Positions 11,482 to 21,097 of a DNA stretch of 64,000 nt are shown one piece after another. Positions within the stretch are counted from its first letter, which is position 1. Each line of letters begins with the position of its first letter. Under the pieces are notes generated by a model. It was not told where the DNA came from. It was given only the letters and a program-made list of their open reading frames with translations, and made no database searches. The position numbers and the translations under genes are program-made. This DNA comes from Opitutaceae bacterium (GTDB lineage: Bacteria > Verrucomicrobiota > Verrucomicrobiia > Opitutales > Opitutaceae), in assembly GCA_028691845.1 (NCBI GenBank), contig JAQUYL010000018.1, forward strand, positions 2,814 to 66,813, read 5' to 3'.

Positions 11482-14316
11482 ATGAACTCCGAACGCCCGC
11501 TTCTCCCCGCCTTGCGGTGGTGCTTGTCCTGTGCGGGCATACTGCTGTGCTGGGCGTTGTGGCTCGTCCTTGGCGCCAGCTTGGCGGCGCTTGCCTATAT
11601 CGCTGTCCAACGGGAGGTGCCGGTGCCGGATTTTCTGCTGCGACGCATTGAAAACGAACTCGCCTCAGCTCAACTCTCAGTCACCTTCGGCCGCGCCACG
11701 CTCGATCCCACCGGCCATATCCTGCTCCAGGACGCCCGGGTGCGCTTCGCGCAGTTCGACGACCCGCTGCTGACCAGCCGCCTCCTCTTCCTACATCTCG
11801 ATTTCTGGTCATTGCTGGCCGGTCGGACCCTGCCGGACGAAATCTGCCTTGAGGAGGCAGCGCTGCAAATCCCAGCCGTCATCTCGCCAAGCGGCACCGC
11901 CGAGCCGCTGCTCCGGGATCTTACGGTCGCGCTGAGCCGGAACAACAAGCGCTGGCAGGTTGATCAGTTTGCCGGCCGCATAGGGCGCCTGTGCGTCACG
12001 GCCACCGGCTGCTTTGTCCCGCCGCCGCACGTTCCGGGGTCGACCCCGCCAACGATGGAATGGTTGGTCGGAAGATACCTTGCGCATGGACGCCGCCTGC
12101 TGCCTCGCCTCCAAGAACTGGAAGCCTTCGATGATCCCGTGCTGACGCTGGCCTTCGATTACCAGCATGGCGCTGGCACCATTGCCGGTCTGCGGTTTGC
12201 CTCAACCGCGGTGCGCCGGCCGTTCGGCTCATCCCTCATCATCGAGGACCTCTCCGCCGTTGCTGCCATCTGTCTTGATCTCGGCCAGGTGAAGCCCCTG
12301 CATCTGCAGGTCTCCGCCCGCCAGTGCGAATACGACGGCGGGTATCGTGCGAAACAGCTGCTCGCCAGTGTCGCCGCCCGGATCGATGTCACGAGCCTCC
12401 GGCTGTCGGCCGACCGCGTTATCGCCACTGCGGAATCGATCACCGCCTTTGGCGAGGAATTCTCGCATCCGGTAGTACAGGCCGTCACCGACCATCTCCC
12501 TGAGGAGCTCTTCTTCACCGCTGCCGCCCGGGCTGGCGGACAGGTACTGACCGCGCAAGCCTCGGCCAATCTCGCGCAAAAATCCGGACACCTGCTGGTG
12601 ACCGGCCGTCTCACCCCGGCGCTTTTCACCGATGTGACCCGCCGCCATGGGCCGCGTTTCACGGAGGAACTCTCTTTGGTCGATCCCGTTCTGGTGCGCG
12701 CCGAGGCCGCCTTCGCGTCCGGCTGGCAGCTCACTCGCGTCGGGGTCGATCTCGATGCGCAGCATGTCACGGTGCACGGCGTGCCACTCGACGCCGCGCG
12801 CGGGCATGTCGACTTCGATGGCCGCACGCTGTTGGCCCGCGACTCGCTGCTGGTGATGGGGGAGAACTACGCCACCGGCTCCTATTGGATGGACGTCCAT
12901 TCCATGGACTATCGCATGCTTCTCACGGGCCGGTTGCGTCCGACTCATATCAACCCTTGGTTCCGGGGCTGGTGGCTGCCCTTTTGGCGGAATTTCGATT
13001 TTCCGGAGGCGCCGCCGTCGGCTGATGTGGATGTCACCGGTTGCTGGGTCCACCCGGAACAAACCAAATACTTTGGCAGCACCGAAACCCCCAGCATCTC
13101 GGTACGCGGAGCCGATTTCGAGTCAGTGGACATCGTGCTTTTCGTCCGTCCACGCTACACCCACGCGATCGAACTCGCCGCCCGCCGCGCGAATGGCAGG
13201 CAGCACCTCACGGGCTGGTTCAAGCACACAACCGACGCCGTCACCAAATCTCTCGCTCACGCCCAGTTCGATCTCACCGCCAATCTCGACCTTCCCCTTT
13301 ACGAAAAGCTCCTCGGCGAGGCCACGGCCCCCTTCCTGGCTCCCTGGCGCTTTGTCCAAGCTCCGCAAGTACATGTCGCTGGCCGGATCGATGGCCGCGC
13401 CAACGGACTGCGCCCTGATCTGGCGTTTTCTGCGGAGGCGGACCACCCGTTCCAATACTACGAATTCCCGCTCGAGGCCCTGACCGTTTCCGGCCGTGCG
13501 GCCGGAGACGAGTTGCGCCTGGACTCTTATGCCGCGGGTTTTGCCGGAGGGACGATGGCGGGCAAAGCCCTGATCAAGGGTTATGGGACCACGGGTGAAC
13601 TCAGCTTCGACGCCAATCTGAAGGGCGCCGACCTCGCCCGTGCTATCCGCGGCGTCGAATCGTTCGCGGCGACAGACGGCACGACGGCGAAGTCCGTGAT
13701 CGAAAGCAAATTCATCAAGAAGGGCAGCGGCGGCAAGTTGGAGCTCACCCTCAGCGCCCAGGGCCGTCGTGGCACCCTCGCCAGTTTCAAAGGCAATGGC
13801 ACCGCGAATATTTCCGGTGCCGAGCTCGGCGAAGTCCACTTTTTCGGCCTGCTTTCCCAACTCTTGAGCGGACTCGGCCTCGGTTTCACTTCGGCGAGGT
13901 TCGACAATGCCCAGGCGGTATTCCAGCTTGATACGGGAAGGCTGCATTTCTCAAATCTCAGGGTCACCGGCCGCAACGCCGCCCTTGACGCCAAAGGCGA
14001 CTATCGGCTCGACGCCAAAACGCTCGACTTCACTGCCCGCCTTAGTCCGTTTGAAAAGAGTCACGCCCTGATTCCCAAGGTCATCGATCTGGTCACCACC
14101 CCACTTTCGACCTTCCTCGAACTCAAGCTCACCGGCCCAATCACCAAGCCCACTTGGGCCTTTGTGCTTGGTCCGACCAATCTTCTGCGCAATCTGGCCG
14201 GTTCAGAGGAGCCGACCGACAGTGCGCAGAAACCTGCGGCCGCACTGCCGACGACAACCCCGCCTGCATCGTCTGCGACCGTTCCGCAGCCAACTGCTCC
14301 CACCTTGCCAAAGTGA
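11482..14316 (+). CDS. large membrane-anchored protein, AsmA/TamB-like (tentative)
   Basis: 944 aa. N-terminal TM helix (LLCWALWLVLGASLAALAYIAV), a long beta-rich body, a C-terminal segment ...LELKLTGPITKPTWAFVLGP reminiscent of AsmA-like C-terminal regions, and a Pro/Thr/Ala tail. Confidence 0.6.
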   Translation: MNSERPLLPALRWCLSCAGILLCWALWLVLGASLAALAYIAVQREVPVPDFLLRRIENELASAQLSVTFGRATLDPTGHILLQDARVRFAQFDDPLLTSRLLFLHLDFWSLLAGRTLPDEICLEEAALQIPAVISPSGTAEPLLRDLTVALSRNNKRWQVDQFAGRIGRLCVTATGCFVPPPHVPGSTPPTMEWLVGRYLAHGRRLLPRLQELEAFDDPVLTLAFDYQHGAGTIAGLRFASTAVRRPFGSSLIIEDLSAVAAICLDLGQVKPLHLQVSARQCEYDGGYRAKQLLASVAARIDVTSLRLSADRVIATAESITAFGEEFSHPVVQAVTDHLPEELFFTAAARAGGQVLTAQASANLAQKSGHLLVTGRLTPALFTDVTRRHGPRFTEELSLVDPVLVRAEAAFASGWQLTRVGVDLDAQHVTVHGVPLDAARGHVDFDGRTLLARDSLLVMGENYATGSYWMDVHSMDYRMLLTGRLRPTHINPWFRGWWLPFWRNFDFPEAPPSADVDVTGCWVHPEQTKYFGSTETPSISVRGADFESVDIVLFVRPRYTHAIELAARRANGRQHLTGWFKHTTDAVTKSLAHAQFDLTANLDLPLYEKLLGEATAPFLAPWRFVQAPQVHVAGRIDGRANGLRPDLAFSAEADHPFQYYEFPLEALTVSGRAAGDELRLDSYAAGFAGGTMAGKALIKGYGTTGELSFDANLKGADLARAIRGVESFAATDGTTAKSVIESKFIKKGSGGKLELTLSAQGRRGTLASFKGNGTANISGAELGEVHFFGLLSQLLSGLGLGFTSARFDNAQAVFQLDTGRLHFSNLRVTGRNAALDAKGDYRLDAKTLDFTARLSPFEKSHALIPKVIDLVTTPLSTFLELKLTGPITKPTWAFVLGPTNLLRNLAGSEEPTDSAQKPAAALPTTTPPASSATVPQPTAPTLPK

Positions 14317-14458
14317 TCCTTTGCCGGCCAAACCTGGGTTAACTCATTCTCCTGTTCAGATTGATCACGTTCTCATTACCCTAACGCAATATAGGTATTA
14401 TTACCTAATTATCATTGCTTTGCTCAGCCTTCCGCCCTAAACAGAACGTCACAAGCAA

Positions 14459-17400
14459 ATGGCTTCCGGCCGTCCCCAAACCCACTGGCTCTGCAAGGCA
14501 CACCTCGTGCCGGCACTGGCTCTCGTCGCACTGGGGGTCTTGAAGCTGTATGGGTGGGAAACGGGCAATGCCTCCCTCGTCCAGGCTCGAAGTTATGCTC
14601 CTCCGCTTCCCGCCAACGCCGCCCTGTGTTTCCTTCTGCTCGGTCTGGCTCCGTTATTGTATGAGTATGGCTGGCGGCGTAGCGCGCATGCCTTGGCCGT
14701 GGTCTCAGCCGCAATCTGCTGGCTGACTTTTTTCGAGGCGGTCTTTGGTTACAATCTTGGCATCGATGATAGGCTGGTGAAACACGCAGGCGTCGTCGCC
14801 GGAATCAACGTCGGGCGCATGAACGCCTTCCTCGCCGCTGCTCTTTCGCTCGCCGGCACGATGCTGGCCTGGCTCTATTCCAGTCGCTCTCACAATCGCC
14901 AGCCGGTCCTCCTCGCACTGGTCGGCTCGCTGTGCGCCGCCTACGGCGTGATGGGATTGCTTGGCCATCGCATCGGCCTCAACTCCACCGACTTCTGGAT
15001 CGCCTACGGTCGAATCGGACCGCATACCTCCATCGCCCTGATGCTCCTGGGCGCGGTCCTCATGCTTCAAGCCGGTCGCACCTACTATGGAGTGCCCGAT
15101 ACCGCCGGTCCTCGCTGGCTCTGGCTGCCGGTCGTGACCGCCGGCGCGACCATTACTTTCGCGCTGTGGTTTGCCCTGCGGGAGGGCGAGCTCGCTCATG
15201 TCAATGAGACGACCGATATCACGGTCAAAAATTTTCAGACGGTACTTAATGCCGAGGTCGAGACGCATTCCAAGGACATCAATCGTCTGGCGAGCCATTG
15301 GGATCAGGGCGAAGCCAGCGTAACGCAGGAAGACTGGCAGGGAACCGTGGCGGCTCAATTCACCGATTTCCCCGGATACCGCGTTTTCGCATGGGTCGAT
15401 CCTTCGTCGCGCACCCGCTGGATCTGGCCTCAATTCGGCAACGAGGACCTGCTGTCTTTCGACCATGCCAGCGAGCCGGTGAGGCGGCATGCCATCGAGT
15501 CCGCCCGGGAAACGCTGGGTTGCGCCATCGCCTCGCCCGTCCTCACTCCGCTGCGTCCGCCGAGCTTTGCGGTTTACTCCCCGGTCCTTCGCTCCGGGGA
15601 GATCGATGGCTTCGTGGTCGGGGAGATCTACTACGACCGGCTTCTGGAACTGGTGGACCGGCGCCTCAACTTCTCCCAAAATTATTTCCTCACGATCAGC
15701 ATCGACGCCTCCTCGGGAAAGAACCTGACCGGCGCCGCTCCGCTCAGCATCTTCGACACCCTCTCATCCTTCCGCAATCTCGACCGCCGTCGCATCGTCG
15801 AATCCCAATTCAATTTGTTCGGGCAGAGCCTGCATTTTGCCGCAGCCCCCAATGACGCGTTTGTCCAGGCCCACCGCCAGTACCTGCCCGAAATCACCCT
15901 TGCCTCCGGCCTCGGCGTCACCCTCCTCCTGGCGCTCGTGATTAACCTCGCGCAAGCCGCACGCCGCCGGCAGTTCAGCGCCGAGTCCACCAGCGTCCTG
16001 TTGCGCGCCGAAAACCAGGAGCGCCGCCGCGTCGAGACGCAGCTCAAGATCTCGGACGAACGCCTCAATCTTGCGCTAGATTCCACATTAGTCGGCGTTT
16101 TCGAGTGGGACGTCCCTACCGGCAAATGTTTTTACAGCCCCACCTTCTGGCGCTCCATCGGTTACGACCCCGCCCAGATTGCGGAAACCTATGACGCATG
16201 GATCCAACTCATCCACCCCGAGGACCTCGCGTTTTACCACGAGGCTGTCGAAGCGCACTTACGGGGGGCCACGCCCCTTTTGGAATTGGAATATCGCGTC
16301 CGCCACGCCAACGGCCAATGGCACTGGATCTCGGCCCGCGCCAAATGCGTCTCCTTCGATCACGCACGCCGGCCGATCCGCGTTATTGGCACCAACCAGA
16401 ACATCACTTCCCGCAAACAAACCGAGGAGGCGCTGCGCGCCAGTCAGGCGCTGTCCCGCATCCTTTCCCATGTGGCCAGCCACACGGAAAATCCAGTCGT
16501 TATAGCCGCCGCTGACGGCAGCATCGAGTGGTCCAACGAAAGTTTCTGCCGCCTCACCGGCCTCACGCACGAGACCGTCACCGGCCGGCGCCTGCTCGAC
16601 TTGATTGCGAGCCCTGACTCCGACCCCGGCTCCCTCGAACGGGTCACCCAGGCGCTTGTCCGCGGCGAAGCAGTCACCACCGATGTCGACGCGGGCAGCG
16701 GCGAGCCCGGCCGCAAATTCCATCTTCGCCTCGAACTCCAGCCCGTTCATGACGAGGATAGGCACCTTGAAAACTTCATTGTCATGGCCACCGACATGAC
16801 GGCCCAGGTCGAAACCGAACAGCAGCTACGCCGCGCCAAGGCCGAGGCGGACGCCGCCTCGCGCGCCAAATCCGAATTCCTGGCCTCCATGTCGCACGAG
16901 ATCCGCACCCCCATGAACGGGGTCATCGGCATGACGAGCCTCCTCCTCGACACGCCGCTCACCGCAGAGCAGCGTGATTACGTCAGCACCATCCGCACCA
17001 GTGGTGATTCGCTGCTGGCAATCATCAACGAGATCCTCGACTTCTCCAAGATCGAGTCGGGCCGGATGGAACTTGAGCAACATCCCCTTGCACTTTCGCA
17101 GTGCGTTGAGGAGGCGCTTGAAATCTTTGCCCTGCCGGCCGCCGCCAAGAAGATCGAGCTTTCCTATTTCATTGATGCCCACGTGCCCGAGTGGATCGTC
17201 GGGGACGTCACGCGATTGCGGCAGGTTCTCGTCAACTTGCTCAACAATGCCGTGAAATTCACCCCGCAGGGGCAGATCACAGTCGAAGTGCAGCTCGCCG
17301 TCGTCGAGCCGGCCCGGGGCGCCGAGCTGATCGCCCACAAGGAAGGGGGCAAGTATCTCATCGACTTTTACATCACCGACACGGGCATTGGCCTCTCCCC

Positions 17401-18430
17401 CGATCAGCAGCACCTGCTCTTCAAACCCTTCAGCCAAGTCGACTCCTCCACCACGCGCAAATACGGCGGCACCGGCCTCGGCCTGGTGATTTGCGACCGG
17501 CTTTGCCGCCTGATGGGCGGGACGATTGATGTCAAGAGCACCCTGGGTGCGGGTTCAAGCTTTCGGTTCAGCATTCAGGCCGCTCCCACCGAACCTCCCA
17601 TCGATTTCAGCCCGCCTGGCCTCCCCGCCCGGCTCAAGGGCGCACGGGTGCTCGTGCTTGATGACCACGCGATCAACCGAGCGCTGATCGCTCAAGCCCT
17701 CCGGGTTAACCGGATGGTTCCCGTTGAGGCGCAAAACGTCTACAACGCTGTCGAGCTGGCCGTAGTAGAGCGGGTTGCCGCCGCCATCATTGATCAAGAG
17801 CTGGAGGGGGAGTCGGGAGCCGCGTTCGCCGAGCAGTTGCGGCAACGCCGACGGACCATGCCGATCATTTTGCTGACCAACCCGGTGGAAAGCGCCAAGC
17901 GCGTGGACAGCCAGGACCAGCACCTCGTACGTCTGCCCAAACCCATCAAAACCGCCCTGCTCCTCGAGCATCTATCCCGGCTGTTTGCCGGTGATAGCAA
18001 TGCTGAGGCCGACGCGACGTCCACAGTCGAGGAGGTCCCCCGGCTGGCCGACAGCATCCCGCTGGATATCCTGCTGGTCGAGGACAACCCCGTGAATCAG
18101 AAGGTCGCACTCCGTTTCCTCGAGCACCTCGGTTACCACGCCGACACCGCGGGCAACGGCCTCGAAGCCGTTCAGGCACTCGGCCGGCGCAATTACCATC
18201 TGGTCCTCATGGATGTGCAGATGCCCGAGATGGACGGTTTCACCGCCACGCGTGAAATCCGCCGCCTCCTCCCCAAGGATCACCAGCCTCGAATCATCGC
18301 CCTCACCGCCAATGCCATCCAGGGCGACCGCGAACGCTGCCTCGCAGCCGGCATGGACGACTACATTAGCAAGCCCGCAAAAATCGACGAACTCCAACGG
18401 CTGATCGAACTTTACTTCCGCGAGTCCTGA
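14459..18430 (+). CDS. hybrid sensor histidine kinase / response regulator (multi-TM sensor, PAS domains, HisKA-HATPase, two receiver domains)
   Basis: About 7 N-terminal TM helices and an extracytoplasmic sensor region. PAS-like segments (YRVRHANGQWHWISARAK). H-box SHEIRTPMNGVIGMTSLL, N/G boxes NLLNNAVKFT and GGTGLGLVICDRL. Terminal receiver LVLMDVQMPEMDG ... ALTANA. Confidence 0.9.
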   Translation: MASGRPQTHWLCKAHLVPALALVALGVLKLYGWETGNASLVQARSYAPPLPANAALCFLLLGLAPLLYEYGWRRSAHALAVVSAAICWLTFFEAVFGYNLGIDDRLVKHAGVVAGINVGRMNAFLAAALSLAGTMLAWLYSSRSHNRQPVLLALVGSLCAAYGVMGLLGHRIGLNSTDFWIAYGRIGPHTSIALMLLGAVLMLQAGRTYYGVPDTAGPRWLWLPVVTAGATITFALWFALREGELAHVNETTDITVKNFQTVLNAEVETHSKDINRLASHWDQGEASVTQEDWQGTVAAQFTDFPGYRVFAWVDPSSRTRWIWPQFGNEDLLSFDHASEPVRRHAIESARETLGCAIASPVLTPLRPPSFAVYSPVLRSGEIDGFVVGEIYYDRLLELVDRRLNFSQNYFLTISIDASSGKNLTGAAPLSIFDTLSSFRNLDRRRIVESQFNLFGQSLHFAAAPNDAFVQAHRQYLPEITLASGLGVTLLLALVINLAQAARRRQFSAESTSVLLRAENQERRRVETQLKISDERLNLALDSTLVGVFEWDVPTGKCFYSPTFWRSIGYDPAQIAETYDAWIQLIHPEDLAFYHEAVEAHLRGATPLLELEYRVRHANGQWHWISARAKCVSFDHARRPIRVIGTNQNITSRKQTEEALRASQALSRILSHVASHTENPVVIAAADGSIEWSNESFCRLTGLTHETVTGRRLLDLIASPDSDPGSLERVTQALVRGEAVTTDVDAGSGEPGRKFHLRLELQPVHDEDRHLENFIVMATDMTAQVETEQQLRRAKAEADAASRAKSEFLASMSHEIRTPMNGVIGMTSLLLDTPLTAEQRDYVSTIRTSGDSLLAIINEILDFSKIESGRMELEQHPLALSQCVEEALEIFALPAAAKKIELSYFIDAHVPEWIVGDVTRLRQVLVNLLNNAVKFTPQGQITVEVQLAVVEPARGAELIAHKEGGKYLIDFYITDTGIGLSPDQQHLLFKPFSQVDSSTTRKYGGTGLGLVICDRLCRLMGGTIDVKSTLGAGSSFRFSIQAAPTEPPIDFSPPGLPARLKGARVLVLDDHAINRALIAQALRVNRMVPVEAQNVYNAVELAVVERVAAAIIDQELEGESGAAFAEQLRQRRRTMPIILLTNPVESAKRVDSQDQHLVRLPKPIKTALLLEHLSRLFAGDSNAEADATSTVEEVPRLADSIPLDILLVEDNPVNQKVALRFLEHLGYHADTAGNGLEAVQALGRRNYHLVLMDVQMPEMDGFTATREIRRLLPKDHQPRIIALTANAIQGDRERCLAAGMDDYISKPAKIDELQRLIELYFRES

Positions 18431-18534
18431 AGAACGCAGCGAAACTTGGTGGCGGCACCTCCGCCGCTGCCCGCTCGAATGGCGTATTTGTTCCGCCTCT
18501 CTCTCTTTGGGGAGAGTAATGCGCCGCCTGCTTG

Positions 18535-19863
18535 TCACCCATTAGGTGACAAGTTTCCCTGAAGGTCAGCAAGTTCATGTCGCCTAGTCGCATCGGCTGA
18601 AAGGTTTTTCAATTCCAAGGGATCGCTCTCCAGATCAAAAAAAAGCCAAGGAGTCCCGTCGTCCTTTAGTATCAGCTTCCTGGTCCTCGTCCGCACTCCG
18701 CACCAGGCATGGGGGCACTGCAGCGGGATCGAAGAACCGGTCGGCATGGAAATCAAGGCCTGCCCCATCCGGTCTTCTCCGGCTGGCGTTCGGCCTTCAC
18801 TCCAGGCCAGAGTCATCGCCCGCAAATCCACAAGGCTGACCGCCTCCTCTCGCATACCGCTCCTCGCCTCCCGCTTCTCGCACGCGGGCAGGCGCACGAG
18901 CAACGGGACGCGCACCGATTCCTCATACGGCCAGGCCTTGCGAAACAAGCCGTGAGCGCCATGCATGTCGCCATGCACGCTGGTGAAGACGACCAGGGAC
19001 GGACGGGCTCCCTCATGGCTCTCGGCGAGCTTCACCGCGTCCACCAGCCGTCCGACGGCCTGGTCCGTGGCCTCAAGATGTGCGTAGTAACCCGCCAGTT
19101 CTTCGCGGGCCGTGCGTTCCACAGCGCCCCCGAGCGGCACATTGGGAGGAAGGACGATCTCCCGCGGATCGCGCGGCGCCACCCCGGCCGCCGGCGCGCC
19201 ATACGGCGGATGCGGCGACTCAAGGCTCACCACACAGAACCAAGGAGAAGCATATTTGATTTCTGATTTCCGACTTTCTCTTTTCTCCAGCCTTTCGGCC
19301 TCCTCTTGCATCTCGCATCGCGCCTCTTGCCCTCGAGCAACCCATTCCGCTGCACGCCCGCACAACACGTCGCTCTGATAGCCTTTGAATCGGGTCGGCA
19401 CAGGCAATCGTGTCCCATGCAGCCATGGATCGTTCAGTAAAAATCCGCCCTCAAAGCCCTCCCAAAACTCAAAGCCACCCCGTCTCTCGGACGGCACGAT
19501 GATCTTCGCGTGCGCTTCCCCGACAAACGGGACGCTGCGGTCGCGTTCATGCAAATGCCATTTGCCAAAAAATGCCGTCCGGTAGCCTCGTTCCCGCAGT
19601 TCGTGCGCGAGTGTCCGCGCCGTCGGCGGCAAAGGATCCCAATAGTCGCGCACGCCGTTATCCGGACACAACCGGCCGGTTAGCAGCGCCGCGCGCGCCT
19701 GCGGCCCCATCGGGTGCGGCGTCACCGCCTGCGTGTAGTTGACGCTCTCCGCCGCCAGGGCATCAAGGCGGGGGGTGCGGGCATTCGGATCACCGGCATA
19801 CCCGCATGCCTGGGCCCGCCATTGCGTCGTGACGATCCAGAGAATGTTCGGCCGGCTGCTCAT
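18535..19863 (-). CDS. sulfatase-family protein with a degenerate active site
   Basis: PNILWIVTTQWRAQACGY...TPRLDALAAESVNYTQAVTPHPMGPQARAALLTGR aligns column for column with the sulfatase N-terminal signature, but C-x-P-x-R reads G-P-Q-A-R and the MTDQ Asp is Thr. The ATG at 19863 is preferred (MSSRPNILW). Confidence 0.8.
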   Translation of the reverse strand: MSSRPNILWIVTTQWRAQACGYAGDPNARTPRLDALAAESVNYTQAVTPHPMGPQARAALLTGRLCPDNGVRDYWDPLPPTARTLAHELRERGYRTAFFGKWHLHERDRSVPFVGEAHAKIIVPSERRGGFEFWEGFEGGFLLNDPWLHGTRLPVPTRFKGYQSDVLCGRAAEWVARGQEARCEMQEEAERLEKRESRKSEIKYASPWFCVVSLESPHPPYGAPAAGVAPRDPREIVLPPNVPLGGAVERTAREELAGYYAHLEATDQAVGRLVDAVKLAESHEGARPSLVVFTSVHGDMHGAHGLFRKAWPYEESVRVPLLVRLPACEKREARSGMREEAVSLVDLRAMTLAWSEGRTPAGEDRMGQALISMPTGSSIPLQCPHAWCGVRTRTRKLILKDDGTPWLFFDLESDPLELKNLSADATRRHELADLQGNLSPNG

Positions 19864-20024
19864 GCACCATCCAGTGTTAGCCACAAGTAGGTACAAAACG
19901 GCATAAAAATCGGCGCCCCGGGGAAATCGCCCGGGGAGATCCTACTTCGGGACCGGCGCTATTCGCTTCCGACCGGCTGACGCTACTACCGCCCGCCCTG
20001 ACGGCACTTGCCTTCCTGCACGAG

Positions 20025-20297
20025 TCAGGTTTTTCGGCGCCGGGGCCGGGACTCCTCGTCGGGCATCGACTCGTAGGCGTGGATCGAGCCGGCAGAATCG
20101 CTCCATAGGGGCAGATTGTCCTTCCGCCAGTCCCGCGTCTGTTGGATGTCCTTCTGCGCTTCAGCGTCGTCGGCCTGGAGCATCACCCGGTTGAGACCGG
20201 CGAAGGCAATGTCTTCTGGTTCGACACCGAGTGATTTTGCGAGACGTTCGACGGCGGCGAGTTCCGCCGCATCAAGATGGATTTTGATCGCTGACAT
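20025..20297 (-). CDS. hypothetical small protein
   Basis: The ATG at 20297 (MSAIKIHLDAAELAAVERLAKSLGV...) lies within ORF 20025..20351. The N-terminus is vaguely ribbon-helix-helix-like. No firm family. Confidence 0.4.
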   Translation of the reverse strand: MSAIKIHLDAAELAAVERLAKSLGVEPEDIAFAGLNRVMLQADDAEAQKDIQQTRDWRKDNLPLWSDSAGSIHAYESMPDEESRPRRRKT

Positions 20298-20601
20298 CGT
20301 GTCCCCCGGGGGTTGAGGATTTTCGCCGAATATAATTCTGGAGCATGCCACCGCCAGAACAATCCAAGGATTGCCGGCCGCGTTAACCAGCGGCGCAGCT
20401 CCTGGCTTGGCCCGGTTGCCAACCTGAAGTGAGGGAAACCGAACGCAGCCCGGCCGCTCCCGCCGAGATTAATGGACTGCGCGGTGATTGCAGCCGGATG
20501 CCCGGCGTCCCCGCAAATACAGGCCGCAGCTGACTTTTATCTTCTGGCCTCGTTCGGCCCGTTCCCGCAAGAGTCCGCCTTCGTTCCCCCCTTGCCCACG
20601 C

Positions 20602-21018
20602 ATGAATTTAGCAGACGCCAAATCTGTCATTATAACCGCATTCAACCGCATGAATGCGATCCACGGCACGCCGGTTTTCGACGAATGGATCATGATATCG
20701 ATGCGGCCAAATGGAGGAAATATTTTGTGCTACGAGGGACCGCGTGCCGAGAGCTATCAGCGCCAGTTTCTCCGGGACATTCAGCCCTTGCGCGCCGGGA
20801 TGGCGGACCGGACACACGCCACCGGCGATTTTGATTTTCAGCTGCAGGCTCCCGGCACGCGCTACGACGCCTGCATGCGCATCGGCGATGCCGCCTGGCT
20901 GGTCTGCAATAACACGGCACGGACCATGACTGACATCTGCCAGGAACCGCGATGGAAGGAGACCCAAAAGGTGTTCGTGACCCTGAGCGAAAAAGTCCGG
21001 GTCGATCCGCTTGCTTGA
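20602..21018 (+). CDS. hypothetical protein
   Basis: The ATG at 20602 (MNLADAKSVIITAFNRMNAIHG...) lies within ORF 20488..21018. The upstream part of the ORF is Arg/Pro-rich and looks non-coding. Confidence 0.45.
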   Translation: MNLADAKSVIITAFNRMNAIHGTPVFDEWIMISMRPNGGNILCYEGPRAESYQRQFLRDIQPLRAGMADRTHATGDFDFQLQAPGTRYDACMRIGDAAWLVCNNTARTMTDICQEPRWKETQKVFVTLSEKVRVDPLA

Positions 21019-21097
21019 CATTACCCTGTTTGCGGCCGGCCTGACACCAGCACCTACGCCAGCAGGCCGGTCCAGACAAACCATCCATAGGCTGCCA

